NCBI GenBank assembly: GCA_031258305.1
Contig: JAIRNA010000097.1
Location: forward strand, 1-63,226
From: Treponema sp.
Lineage (GTDB): Bacteria > Spirochaetota > Spirochaetia > Treponematales > Breznakiellaceae
Direction of reading: 5' to 3'
Length of the DNA: 63,226 nt
Both the position numbers and the translations under genes were made by a program. Positions 8,618-18,338 of the stretch are shown piece after piece (within the stretch, counting starts at the first letter, position 1; each line of letters begins with the position of its first letter). The notes under the pieces were generated by a model. That model was not told the origin of the DNA and did not search any database. It worked only from the letters and a program-made list of their open reading frames with translations.

Positions 8618-9934
8618 ATGAATAAAACTTACTTCTTAGACCTCTTCGGGTGCGCGAAGAACCAGGTTGACGCGGAAACTCTTATGGCCTATCTAAATGA
8701 TGCTGGATGGGTCTGCGTATCCTCGCCCGCTGAGGCTGAAATTACGGTCATCAACTCGTGTGGATTTATCGAAACGGCAAAACGAGAATCCATCAACGCG
8801 GTTATTGAGCATAAGAGAAACGGCAAACGAGTCCTACTTGCCGGTTGTCTTGCAGAACGTTACGCTGACGAACTATTTGAATCGCTCTCGGAGGCCGATG
8901 TTGTTTTCGGTAACAAAGATCTGTCTAAGATCGTCTCCGCCGCAGATGCGGCTCTCCATAGCGTACGGACGCAACTCGTTCCCTTGTCGTCAGATACCAA
9001 TATTCGGTACAAAAGCCGCCCTCTCCTCTCCCCACCCGGCTCCGCGTACGTGAAAATCGCCGAAGGCTGTAGCAATCGTTGTTCCTTTTGTTCCATTCCC
9101 CTCATCCGCGGAGGACTTAAAAGCCGCCAAATCGAGGACGTTTTTGACGAGTGTCAGACACTCTTGGACAGAGGCGTACGGGAACTTTGTCTGGTTGGGC
9201 AGGACATCGCCGCATTCGGCGTAGATTATTCGGGAAAACAACTTTTGTCTGTGCTTTTAGAGTCGCTTGCGCGTCTGGACGGAGACTTTTGGGTGCGTCT
9301 GCTTTACCTGCATCCCGACCATTTCCCGCCCATTCTCGATTTTCTCAAGAGAAACGGCGGCGGGCGGTTCCTGCCCTATTTTGACATTCCTTTTCAACAT
9401 GCCTCAAAGTCTCTCTTGCAAAAGATGAACCGCAAAGGTTGCGAGGAGGATTATATGGCTCTGCTTGACCGTATACGGGACGCTCTCCCGGACGCGGTTA
9501 TCCGTTCCACATTTCTACTTGGGTTTCCGGGGGAAACAGATGTAGACGTAGAAATTCTGCTCGACTTTCAGGAAAAGGCGCGCCTTGACTGGGCGGGCTG
9601 TTTCACCTATTCTCGCGAGGAGAACACGCCTGCGGATGCTATGAAACCTCGCGTACCAAAACACGCGGCCGCGCGACGTAAAGTTCTTGTCGAAGAGAAG
9701 CAGACTGCAATAACGGAAAAACAGTTAGAACGCTTTGTGGGGCGAGAATTCTCCGTTTTAGTTGAAGAAAAAGTAGACGAAGGATTGTATCTAGGTAGAA
9801 TGTTTGCCCAAGCACCGGAAGTGGACGGGGCGGTCGTGGTTCACGCGGACGCAGCGCCCAGACTCGGAACTTTTACCCGTTGTAAAGTTACCGCCCGCGC
9901 AGGCTTTGATTTGACCGCTGAGAAGGTTAGGTAA
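8618..9934 (+). CDS. rimO: Ribosomal protein S12 methylthiotransferase RimO (radical SAM, MiaB family)
   Basis: LFGCAKNQVDAE N-terminal domain, CSNRCSFCSIP radical-SAM cluster and a C-terminal TRAM-like domain. Confidence 0.85.
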   Translation: MNKTYFLDLFGCAKNQVDAETLMAYLNDAGWVCVSSPAEAEITVINSCGFIETAKRESINAVIEHKRNGKRVLLAGCLAERYADELFESLSEADVVFGNKDLSKIVSAADAALHSVRTQLVPLSSDTNIRYKSRPLLSPPGSAYVKIAEGCSNRCSFCSIPLIRGGLKSRQIEDVFDECQTLLDRGVRELCLVGQDIAAFGVDYSGKQLLSVLLESLARLDGDFWVRLLYLHPDHFPPILDFLKRNGGGRFLPYFDIPFQHASKSLLQKMNRKGCEEDYMALLDRIRDALPDAVIRSTFLLGFPGETDVDVEILLDFQEKARLDWAGCFTYSREENTPADAMKPRVPKHAAARRKVLVEEKQTAITEKQLERFVGREFSVLVEEKVDEGLYLGRMFAQAPEVDGAVVVHADAAPRLGTFTRCKVTARAGFDLTAEKVR

Positions 9935-9943
9935 TAAATTATC

Positions 9944-9973
9944 CTCCCCCGTCTTGACAGACAGGGGAGTTTA
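9944..9973 (+). terminator. Candidate intrinsic terminator after rimO
   Basis: CTCCCC(C)GTCT 9944-9954, TGAC loop, AGAC(A)GGGGAG 9959-9969 (10 bp plus one mismatch), then TTTATTAT. Confidence 0.5.
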
Positions 9974-9989
9974 TTATACTTTAAAAACT

Positions 9990-11204
9990 ATGAAGCAATG
10001 CGCTTTCTTTGTATTGATATTTTTGATGTTTTCCCTTGCGTCTGTTTTTTCTCATGAACCGGCGCCCCCACCTTCCATACAGTCGCGTTCCGCGATTATC
10101 TTGGATGCGGAGACTGGCGCGGTGCTTTTCACGAAGAATGAGAATGAGAAGATTCCTCCCGCTTCTCTCGCCAAACTGATGACTATGCACATAGCCCTCT
10201 CCCAAGTCGATACGGGAAACGCCGCTCTTGACGAAATCGTTCCTCTCCCGCAGGAGACGTGGTGGGGAAATCAGCCTCCGCGATCAAGCCTTATGTTTTT
10301 GGCAGACGGTCAGCGGGTGACTCTGCGCGAACTGCTGTTGGGGCTCGCCATTTCTTCGGGCAATGATGCGGCCGTTGCCGTGTCTCTGCGGTTTGCTTCT
10401 TCGGTAGACGCCTTCGTGAAACTTATGAACGAAGAAGCAAACAGGATAGGGCTTGAGAACACCGTTTTCACGGAGCCGTCCGGTGTTTCGGAACACAACA
10501 TGACCACAGCCGCGGAATTCGCCGTTTTTTGTAGGTATTACCTAAAAGCCCACCCGATGAGTCTGATAGAATACCATTCGGTCGGCAAATTTGACTACCC
10601 CAAACCTAAAAATATGCCGGAACCTGTACGTTCCGATATGAAAACCGTTACTCAGTACAATCACAACTACTTGCTTGGGCGCGTTGAAGGAGTTGACGGC
10701 ATAAAAACAGGGTACATCGACGAGTCGGGTTACAACATTGCACTGACAGCGCGGCGAGATGACACACGTTTGATAGCAGTAGTTTTAGGCGCGCCTGCGG
10801 TTAAGAACGGTGCGGACATAAGAGATGAAGATGGACGGAAACTCCTCGAATGGGCTTTCTCCCATTTTCGGACAATCAGGCCGGATATTGGCGTGTTAGA
10901 GAATGTCCGCGTATGGAAGGGACGGAGGAAGTTTGCCGGACTGGCGCTCGGTGCGCCTGTGGAATGGACCGCTACTGCTGACCGAGGGCAGAGTCTCCAT
11001 TTTGAGATACAGCTCAATGAGCCGATTATTGCGCCGTTCTACGCGGGAGATGTTGCTGGAAGCCTCGTTTTTTCTGACAGTATAGGGGAGTTACGGACGA
11101 TTCCGCTCGTTTTCACGGAAAACGTCGAGCGCGCCGGTTTTTTTAAGCGACTTTGGGACTCAATATGTTTATTTTTTAAGATAAGACTAAAGAAAGTATC
11201 TTGA
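9990..11204 (+). CDS. D-alanyl-D-alanine carboxypeptidase (PBP5/6, S11 family)
   Basis: Active-site motifs SLAK (SxxK), SGND (SxN) and KTG. Signal peptide from MKQCAFFVLIFLMF. ATG 9990 is preferred because the hairpin lies upstream. Confidence 0.85.
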   Translation: MKQCAFFVLIFLMFSLASVFSHEPAPPPSIQSRSAIILDAETGAVLFTKNENEKIPPASLAKLMTMHIALSQVDTGNAALDEIVPLPQETWWGNQPPRSSLMFLADGQRVTLRELLLGLAISSGNDAAVAVSLRFASSVDAFVKLMNEEANRIGLENTVFTEPSGVSEHNMTTAAEFAVFCRYYLKAHPMSLIEYHSVGKFDYPKPKNMPEPVRSDMKTVTQYNHNYLLGRVEGVDGIKTGYIDESGYNIALTARRDDTRLIAVVLGAPAVKNGADIRDEDGRKLLEWAFSHFRTIRPDIGVLENVRVWKGRRKFAGLALGAPVEWTATADRGQSLHFEIQLNEPIIAPFYAGDVAGSLVFSDSIGELRTIPLVFTENVERAGFFKRLWDSICLFFKIRLKKVS

Positions 11205-11229
11205 CCTATTTCCATTAAGAACGTATAAT
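11201..11229 (+). promoter_or_regulatory. Sigma-70-type promoter placed only 8 nt before ATG 11238
   Basis: TTGACC (11201-11206), 17-nt spacer, TATAAT (11224-11229). Confidence 0.55.
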
Positions 11230-11237
11230 TTAGGCAT

Positions 11238-13001
11238 ATGGCAGAAAGTGACAAGTTTAATGAATTATCCTCTATTTTGACTACTGAAGAACGGAAGGGA
11301 CTTTTAAAGAAACTTACCATCCAGTCGAATATCTCAAGAGAGCCGCTTTATGAACAGAAAGTTGAAGTATTACAGAGTACTACAGAGACGCAATATCAAA
11401 AGTTGCCGTGGTACCAGCGCATATGGCTTCTCTTCTTAAGTTTTTTTAAGGGTAAGCCGCCAATGGAAGTGTTTAAAGACATTATTATTAACAAAATAGG
11501 GCAGGAAATCGAGACAAAATACCCAGGGTATTTTGATTATAAACAGAATCTCTTACTCCCGCTTTTTCACAAAGAGCTTACGGAACTCAAGGAAAGCGTC
11601 CGCCTTTTCAAGGAGGCGTTTGAGGTAAGTATACAACATAACATCGGGGCATTCCACGCCTTTCTCGGTTCTTTGGAGATGCCGGATGTCCATAAACGTC
11701 TCATAGAGGAAACCCTCCCAGGAGACATTTCCGCGAAACATCCTGAAATGAATAGCGCCGCGCTCAAACAGATAGCTTTTGGGATTATGGAAGATGCGTT
11801 TGCCGCTATCAACGAAGACCACCGCAACGCTATGTACCACAACATTCATTCCTTGTTCTGTCTCAAGGAACTGGCTTTCTTCTTATTTGACCGGGTGCTT
11901 TACGCTTTTTCCGCAAATTCGGCTGTGGCTGGTATGTCTTGTTCCGCAAGCGTTGTACGCGAACAGCTCGCCTCGCTTAACAACATTCTCTTTTCGATAC
12001 GAAATCCGCCGTCTATCGAGTTGCTCGGTTCCCTGCTCGTATTTGTATTACAGGAAAAAGCCGGGGGAGAAGATTTTGATATTGAGGAAGAAAGCAAGGA
12101 CCTGCTCGCCAAAGCCGAAGATTCCTTAGTAACGATTCGTGAATTCAACAAAATCATACCGCTGACACTCATTCTCCGTTTTGCAAATCAGAATGTGGCT
12201 TTAATACCCGTTGAATTATTAGGCGGCGATGACTGGTTTAACGTATACCGCGACTACTGGAAACAATATATCGAAGGACTCTTCGATGAGTTTGAAAGAA
12301 CCCGCCGTCAGCGGAAACTGTTTGAATTGTTTCGTTCTTTCCTCAAAAACGCCCCTTTGCAGAATCTGGAACACGTCCAATCTGAAACAAAACCGACTGG
12401 CGTACCGATTCGGAGAAGCTATGTATTCTCATTCTTACTAACCTTCCATACGGTCGTTTTCCTCCAGGACATAAATAAAATTCTTCGCCCCATTCTGATA
12501 GAAGGTGAATTCTCCAAACGGGAGTACAGGATGCTGTTCACGGAGAGTTACAACGACTTGATGAAACTCGATGAAGACATCAAGAAATTTGACAACGATA
12601 TTTCGCCGAGCGGAGATATCGGTAAGCGATACGCTTTGGCCCAGGCAGACATGTCCCTTACCAGCCGCAGACGGAAGGTGCAGTCCATCGTTGAACTGGC
12701 AAACGATTCGGCGAATGTTATCATTTCCAAAGCACAGAACGCTTTGGACAATATGTTGATTGTGTTGCGAGGCATTGCCAAAAAGGACAACGATGGTAAA
12801 AACGAAATGCTTACCAACATATCAAAATTTATCGGTAAGTCGCCGTCCGCTATGATAACTTCTGCGGTGAGCAATACGGCTTCCCTTCCGCCGGCATTCA
12901 CACCCAAAGCCATTGCTTTCTTTAACGGTATAAACGAAGTCATTAGAAATCTGCAAGAGGCTATCCAAATTCTGGATAACATCGACACACTAGGCTTGTA
13001 A
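11238..13001 (+). CDS. Hypothetical protein, 587 aa
   Basis: Long ORF with core-like composition. No motif recognised. Confidence 0.6.
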   Translation: MAESDKFNELSSILTTEERKGLLKKLTIQSNISREPLYEQKVEVLQSTTETQYQKLPWYQRIWLLFLSFFKGKPPMEVFKDIIINKIGQEIETKYPGYFDYKQNLLLPLFHKELTELKESVRLFKEAFEVSIQHNIGAFHAFLGSLEMPDVHKRLIEETLPGDISAKHPEMNSAALKQIAFGIMEDAFAAINEDHRNAMYHNIHSLFCLKELAFFLFDRVLYAFSANSAVAGMSCSASVVREQLASLNNILFSIRNPPSIELLGSLLVFVLQEKAGGEDFDIEEESKDLLAKAEDSLVTIREFNKIIPLTLILRFANQNVALIPVELLGGDDWFNVYRDYWKQYIEGLFDEFERTRRQRKLFELFRSFLKNAPLQNLEHVQSETKPTGVPIRRSYVFSFLLTFHTVVFLQDINKILRPILIEGEFSKREYRMLFTESYNDLMKLDEDIKKFDNDISPSGDIGKRYALAQADMSLTSRRRKVQSIVELANDSANVIISKAQNALDNMLIVLRGIAKKDNDGKNEMLTNISKFIGKSPSAMITSAVSNTASLPPAFTPKAIAFFNGINEVIRNLQEAIQILDNIDTLGL

Positions 13002-13051
13002 TAAATATCGAGATGGTTTAGAAAGTTTGATAAGCCGACAAAGGAGCGTAT

Positions 13052-13852
13052 ATGAGGCGTCAAATTCCATTTATAATGATGCTTGTCAGCATAATGGCGG
13101 CGTCTTTTTTTGCTTGCGCGGGCAAGAACGTTTCAGCGGTACCGGAAGGGAAAATTTTGGTCTGGTCCGATGAATTTGACCGGGACGGGGCGCCCGATTC
13201 GGACAAATGGAATTATTCCATCGGCGGAAACGGTTGGGGAAACGCGGAATTGCAGAACTATACGGACAAGCGGGAGAATTCGGAGATTCGAGACGGAATC
13301 CTATATATTACCGCTAGAAACGACTATGGGCGATGGACCAGCGCGCGTTTAAAAACCCAGTATAAGGCGGGATGGAAATACGGCTACCTTGAGGTTCGGG
13401 CCAAGCTGCCTGAAGGACGGGGAACTTGGCCCGCTATATGGATGCTTCCGGTTGCCGACAAGTACGGCGGATGGCCCCGTTCAGGCGAGATAGACATCAT
13501 AGAACATGTTGGTTTTGACCAGGACAGAATCCACGCCACCGTGCACACAAAGGCTTTTAATCATCGGTCGAACACCCAAAAATCTACTTCCGCCATCGTA
13601 AAAGGAGTATCCAAAGCGTTTCATGTCTACACCATAGAGTGGACCCCTCAATGGATCCAGTGGTATGTCGATGCTGAACCCTTTTTCCGCTTTGATAACT
13701 CCGGCCAAGGGCTTGCGGAATGGCCCTTTGATATACCCTTTTATCTCATCCTCAACGTGGCCATAGGCGGTGCCTGGGGCGGCGAAAAAGGCGTGGATCC
13801 CAAGTTACAAACAGCTATGATGCAGGTGGATTACGTGAGAGTGTACCAGTAG
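13052..13852 (+). CDS. Glycoside hydrolase family 16 beta-glucanase (laminarinase-like), lipoprotein-type signal
   Basis: WSDEFD, catalytic GEIDIIE (ExDxxE), YVRVYQ end, FFACAG lipobox-like signal. Confidence 0.85.
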   Translation: MRRQIPFIMMLVSIMAASFFACAGKNVSAVPEGKILVWSDEFDRDGAPDSDKWNYSIGGNGWGNAELQNYTDKRENSEIRDGILYITARNDYGRWTSARLKTQYKAGWKYGYLEVRAKLPEGRGTWPAIWMLPVADKYGGWPRSGEIDIIEHVGFDQDRIHATVHTKAFNHRSNTQKSTSAIVKGVSKAFHVYTIEWTPQWIQWYVDAEPFFRFDNSGQGLAEWPFDIPFYLILNVAIGGAWGGEKGVDPKLQTAMMQVDYVRVYQ

Positions 13853-13929
13853 CAAGGCTGAAAGTATGATGATACCACTCAAGTGTAATAGAAAGAATCC
13901 CGCGCTGAGGCGCAAAGCTAAGACAAACC

Positions 13930-14697
13930 ATGAACCTTTATCCTTTTTCGCTTAATTTTTCAGGGCGCCCAGCCGCGTTTTTCCCTTTTATGTTTAACGG
14001 GAAACCGATAAGGGACGTTTTCTGCTTCGTTTCAGCGCGGCAGTCCGGGGATATGGGCTTGCAAAGTGTGGAAAACAGGCGTCGATTTGCGGAAACCTTG
14101 TTTCCATCCGAAGTAAAAAATAGCGGCACTGATATAAAGCTCTACGCCTGTAGGCAGACCCATTCGCAAAACGTTGTTGTCGTAGAGGCTGACTCTCCGC
14201 TTGTTTTTGAGAACGCGGACGGACTAGTAATGTTTCAAGGGGCAGGTAAAATTCTTTCCGTTACGGTGGCGGACTGTCTACCGGTGTTTCTATTTGACAC
14301 AGACTCCGGTACTTTCGGCGTGGTTCATTCGGGGTGGAGCGGCACGGGCATTGTCTTGAATGCCCTACGGCTTATGAAGACGCGCCCTGAAGCTGCGGCT
14401 GTGGTTTTCGGTCCCTGTATCTGCGGACATTGTTACCATGTTGACGAAAAAAGACGGCGTATTTTTTCGGAAAAATTCGGAGGCGTGGGTGGAGAATACC
14501 CACTTGGAGCGGTAGTTTCAGGCGATTGCCTGGACTTAAAAGCGGCAAACGCCCGCCTTTTGACGCGAAACGGTGTAAAGAATTTAGCCTATTGTGAAGA
14601 CTGTACTTTCACGGACCAAAGACTCGGCTCTTTTCGTCGTGAAGGGGAACATTTTACACGTATGCTTGTCGGGGTGGCCGGTTTTTCTTCTCCTTAA
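13930..14697 (+). CDS. pgeF: Peptidoglycan editing factor PgeF / YfiH (DUF152, laccase-domain) family
   Basis: CRQTHSQNVVVV, TVADCLPVF, VVHSGWSG and SFRREG motifs. Confidence 0.8.
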   Translation: MNLYPFSLNFSGRPAAFFPFMFNGKPIRDVFCFVSARQSGDMGLQSVENRRRFAETLFPSEVKNSGTDIKLYACRQTHSQNVVVVEADSPLVFENADGLVMFQGAGKILSVTVADCLPVFLFDTDSGTFGVVHSGWSGTGIVLNALRLMKTRPEAAAVVFGPCICGHCYHVDEKRRRIFSEKFGGVGGEYPLGAVVSGDCLDLKAANARLLTRNGVKNLAYCEDCTFTDQRLGSFRREGEHFTRMLVGVAGFSSP

Positions 14698-14908
14698 AGA
14701 AAGAAAAACTCAAAATATTACATTTTAGCAGAGTATACCGCAAAGCTTGGGAGGTTTCCTCCGAGCGTCTCTGGCGCTATCCATAACACCCAAAATGGGC
14801 TTTATAAAAATGATTTTTTAGATGGAGAGAACGATGCTGTCCCCATCCTATGCGGGTACGCAGATATGAGTGGGATAAACCGTCCATTGAGAAGAAAAAT
14901 AAAGATCA

Positions 14909-16264
14909 CTACAAAGAGGGTGACAAGTTGTTATTCGCCATTTCCACGAGAATCTGTTCCGCATCTCTACCGTATTTCCGCACCACGCGGGCGACCTCGT
15001 TATAGCCGAGTATCGGTATGAATGTAGCGGCAAAAGCAGTCGATGAATCGAGTAGTTTCTTACATTGCTCCACATTTGCGATAAGCGTGTCAATACATTT
15101 TGTGCGGAAAAGAAATACAGCGCGTTCCAATAGAGAAAGACTCTCCAAAAGAGCGTCCGCAATGAGTGGTAAGAAAGCGTTAAGTTCGAACTCGCCCCGC
15201 CCCGCGGCAACCGTTATGGCAAAGTCGTTGGCTTGAACCTTTATGGACACCTGAATCGTCATTTCCGAAATGATAGGATTCACTTTGCCGGGCATGATGG
15301 TGCTACCTATTTGCAAAGCTTGCGCAGTCAATTCTCCCAAACCGCCACCCGGCCCCGAGTTCATAAGACGAATATCACCCGCGATTTTGGATAAATTGAC
15401 GGCGAGGGCCTTGAGCAAGCCGGAAACCTCGACAAAAACATCATTGTTTTGCGTAATATCCATAGGATATTCAGCGGAAGCAAGCCCAATGCCGGTCCAT
15501 TCGCGTAAAAATTCATAAACCAGTACGCGGTATTGCCTGTCCGCATTGTCCGCTTTACCAACTGCGGTACCTCCGAGGTTCACCTGACGAAGCCGCTCCT
15601 CAATTTTGTAAAGCCGCCACCGGTCGCGGGCAATGGCCTGCGCGTAAGAGCCAAATTCCTCGCCGAGCGTGATGGGGAGGGCGTCCATAAGCTCGGTGCG
15701 TCCCAGTTTTTTGACATTTGCCCATTCGGTTTCTTTTTTTTGTAAACTTTCCTGCAATTTCGCGCATTGTCCGCTCAATTCCCGCAACAGCAAAATCGCC
15801 GCGATGCGGAGACTCGTGGGGAAAACGTCGTTGGTGGACTGCCCGCGGTTCACATGGTCAATAGGGTGGATAATGTGATACGCGCCAAGCGGCTTCCTCA
15901 TCAGGCGCAAGGCAGTGTTAGCAATAACTTCATTGACATTCATATTCGCCGAAGTTCCCGCGCCGCCCTGTAAGGCATCTGTGATGAAGTTTTTATCTGT
16001 TTCCTCACCATTTTCCATAAGATAATCGCAGGCGCGAACTATGGTCAGGTATTTTTCTGCGTTTTCAGGCTGTCCCACCTTTGTCTCAATCTGCTCATAC
16101 GCAGAGGCCGCGGCTTTTTTCACCAGAAGCATTGCTCGCAGGAGATGGGAGGATATCTTTCTATAATTTAAGGCGAAATTTTCTTCTGCCCGCATACTCT
16201 GTATCCCGAACAGAGCATCATCGGGTAGGTTTTTTTCACCCAAAAAATCAGATTCTATTCGCAT
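14909..16264 (-). CDS. aspA: Aspartate ammonia-lyase
   Basis: MRIESDFLGEKNLPDDALFGIQSMRAEENF parallels the E. coli AspA N-terminus. Signature GSTIMPGKVNP. ATG 16264 is preferred over the track start 16285. Confidence 0.85.
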   Translation of the reverse strand: MRIESDFLGEKNLPDDALFGIQSMRAEENFALNYRKISSHLLRAMLLVKKAAASAYEQIETKVGQPENAEKYLTIVRACDYLMENGEETDKNFITDALQGGAGTSANMNVNEVIANTALRLMRKPLGAYHIIHPIDHVNRGQSTNDVFPTSLRIAAILLLRELSGQCAKLQESLQKKETEWANVKKLGRTELMDALPITLGEEFGSYAQAIARDRWRLYKIEERLRQVNLGGTAVGKADNADRQYRVLVYEFLREWTGIGLASAEYPMDITQNNDVFVEVSGLLKALAVNLSKIAGDIRLMNSGPGGGLGELTAQALQIGSTIMPGKVNPIISEMTIQVSIKVQANDFAITVAAGRGEFELNAFLPLIADALLESLSLLERAVFLFRTKCIDTLIANVEQCKKLLDSSTAFAATFIPILGYNEVARVVRKYGRDAEQILVEMANNNLSPSL

Positions 16265-16291
16265 TTTAAGAACCACAAGAAACAAAAAATA

Positions 16292-16468
16292 TTAATTGTG
16301 CATATCTTCATGTAATTCGTTGACATTTCTTAAATCGTCTGGAGTTCGCGTCTTCTTTTCAGAATAGAAGTTCGGAGTGAAGGCATTTCGTACAAAAGCC
16401 TCCACTTCCGCCCTTGTGGTAAGTGTTTTCGCGTTTAGAATCGTGGAAACGTCTATTTTCACAGGCAT
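16292..16468 (-). CDS. Hypothetical 58-aa protein, below the track length cut-off
   Basis: Hand translation: MPVKIDVSTILNAKTLTTRAEVEAFVRNAFTPNFYSEKKTRTPDDLRNVNELHEDMHN. Its ATG lies 3 nt after the metQ stop (TAA CGG ATG). Confidence 0.35.
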   Translation of the reverse strand: MPVKIDVSTILNAKTLTTRAEVEAFVRNAFTPNFYSEKKTRTPDDLRNVNELHEDMHN

Positions 16469-16471
16469 CCG

Positions 16472-17299
16472 TTAGAAAATCGCTACCACGGAACCGTTCC
16501 ACTTCTGATTGATGTAATCCTTGACCTTAGGAGAGAGCAGGATTTTCTTGAGCGTCTGAATGGCCGGGGTGTTTTCGTTACCTTTTTGAACGACTACGAT
16601 GTTGACATAGGGCGAATCCGCGCCTTCTATAGCGATGGCATCCTCCGCGGGATTAAGCCCTGCGGCAAGCGCATAGTTGCCATTGATGATCGCGGCGTCT
16701 ACATCCGGCAAAGAACGGGGAAGCTGCGCGGCTTCAAGTTCACTGAACTTGAAGTTATGCGGGTTATCAATGATGTCCAACGGAGTTGCCTGTATACCTG
16801 CTGATGGGTCAAGGGTAATGAGTCCTTGAGACTGAAGCAAAAGCAGAGCACGTCCGCCATTGGTGGGGTCGTTGGGTATAGCAATGGTCGCGTCATCCGA
16901 CAGCTCTTCGATACTATTCACCTTTTCGGAAAAAAGCCCCATAGGTTCAATGTGAACGCCGAAAGCTGACACGAGTTTTTCATTCCATTCCGGGTTGGTG
17001 CCGTTCAGATAGGGGAGATGCTGAAAGAAGTTTGCATTAAGTTCTCCTGATATAACGGCAGTGTTCGGCTGAATGTAGTCGTTGTATTCGACGACCTTGA
17101 GAGTGATACCTTCGGCTTTTAGTTCCGGGGCGATGAGGGTGAGCAGTTCCGCATGAGGAACCGGCGTTGCGCCAATGGTGAACACCACTGTGTTCACCGC
17201 TGGGTCTACGGCTTTTCCGCCCTTATCTTTGTTTCCGTTTGCGAAAACAGGAAGGCTAACGGCAAGAATCACAGCCGTTACGATAAAAAGTTTCTTCAT
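16472..17299 (-). CDS. metQ: MetQ/NlpA-family methionine-binding lipoprotein
   Basis: MKKLFIVTAVILAVSLPVFANG signal peptide. VVEYNDYIQPNTAVISGELNANFFQHLPYL is typical of MetQ. The start at 17299 has GGAG upstream and lies downstream of the promoter. Confidence 0.85.
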   Translation of the reverse strand: MKKLFIVTAVILAVSLPVFANGNKDKGGKAVDPAVNTVVFTIGATPVPHAELLTLIAPELKAEGITLKVVEYNDYIQPNTAVISGELNANFFQHLPYLNGTNPEWNEKLVSAFGVHIEPMGLFSEKVNSIEELSDDATIAIPNDPTNGGRALLLLQSQGLITLDPSAGIQATPLDIIDNPHNFKFSELEAAQLPRSLPDVDAAIINGNYALAAGLNPAEDAIAIEGADSPYVNIVVVQKGNENTPAIQTLKKILLSPKVKDYINQKWNGSVVAIF

Positions 17300-17347
17300 A
17301 AAAATTCTCCTTAATATAAAGTAATGCAATTTCAAGATTGCAACATA

Positions 17348-17376
17348 AGCATAACAAAAAAATATTTTTTTGTCAA
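17348..17376 (-). promoter_or_regulatory. Sigma-70-type promoter of metQ
   Basis: On the minus strand: TTGACA (17376-17371), 17-nt spacer, TATGCT (17353-17348). It lies inside the track's N-terminal extension of the 302-aa ORF. Confidence 0.55.
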
Positions 17377-17564
17377 GCATTTCCTACAAAATTACTAGGA
17401 AATAGAAGACTAAAGGACAATTTTCAAACCATTCAATCCATTTGCAAGCTTACGGTTCGATGATGTTTGAGCTGAACATAGGAACGAAGCGTTCTCCAGC
17501 TATATCTTTTTTTTCAAGAATGGTTTTCGGCAATTCCGCTATCGAAAATCTGGTTGAGTCGGAT

Positions 17565-18338
17565 TTATGTATGGAATTCCGCGTAGGCAAAGGCGCTATG
17601 GTTATGTATACTCTCGAAATTCTCCGCCTCAACTGAAAATGAAGGAAATTTATCCAGAGCCTTGACGCTTGAGAATACATCTCGCACTACGTCTTCAACG
17701 AATTTTGGATTATCATAAGCCTGTTCTGTGATGAATTTTTCGTCTTCCCGCTTAAGAAGGGAGTAAACCGGACTCGAAGCAGACTTTTCCACTATATTTA
17801 TGAGATCTTCTATCCAGAAAAACGGTCCAAGCTCCACCGTTACTGTGGCGATTCCTCGTTGATTGTGTGCGCCGCGTTCACTAATGGCCTTGGAACAAGG
17901 GCAAACTGTGGTGACTGGCACCGCAACCGACACCGTGAATCGCTTGTCGTCTACGGTTACTTCACCCTGATAACGGCACTGGTAGCTCATTATACCGGAC
18001 AAACCGGACACGGGCGCTTTCTTTTCAAGGAAATATGGAAAGCTTGCGGAACAGAAACTAGATTCAGCTTCCATCGCGGTGCGAATATTCTCCAGCATAT
18101 CCAAAAAACGTGGCATCGAAAGGTCCTGTCGGTATTGATGAAAAATCTCTATGAAGCGACTCATATGCGTTCCCTTAAAATGCCGCGGCAAATCAGCAAA
18201 GAGGTCAACCTTCGCGGTCGTACGTTGGATCTTGTTCACTTTGTCAAGCACACAAATGGGATACTCAAGTCCTTTTACTCCAACTTTCGCAAGCGGAATG
18301 TCTCGCGTGTCAGGCTGGTTTTGTATGTCTATCATCAC
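17565..18338 (-). CDS. folE2: GTP cyclohydrolase FolE2 (type IB)
   Basis: MMIDIQNQPDTRDIPLAKVGVKGLEYPICV is a typical FolE2/MptA N-terminus. It overlaps the folD stop by 4 nt. Confidence 0.8.
   Translation of the reverse strand: MMIDIQNQPDTRDIPLAKVGVKGLEYPICVLDKVNKIQRTTAKVDLFADLPRHFKGTHMSRFIEIFHQYRQDLSMPRFLDMLENIRTAMEAESSFCSASFPYFLEKKAPVSGLSGIMSYQCRYQGEVTVDDKRFTVSVAVPVTTVCPCSKAISERGAHNQRGIATVTVELGPFFWIEDLINIVEKSASSPVYSLLKREDEKFITEQAYDNPKFVEDVVRDVFSSVKALDKFPSFSVEAENFESIHNHSAFAYAEFHT

Noticed and set aside
17300-17564. SAM riboswitch or T-box leader upstream of metQ
   Set aside because: The region contains a good promoter only ~50 nt from the start codon. None of the SAM-I/SAM-II or T-box signature sequences are present.
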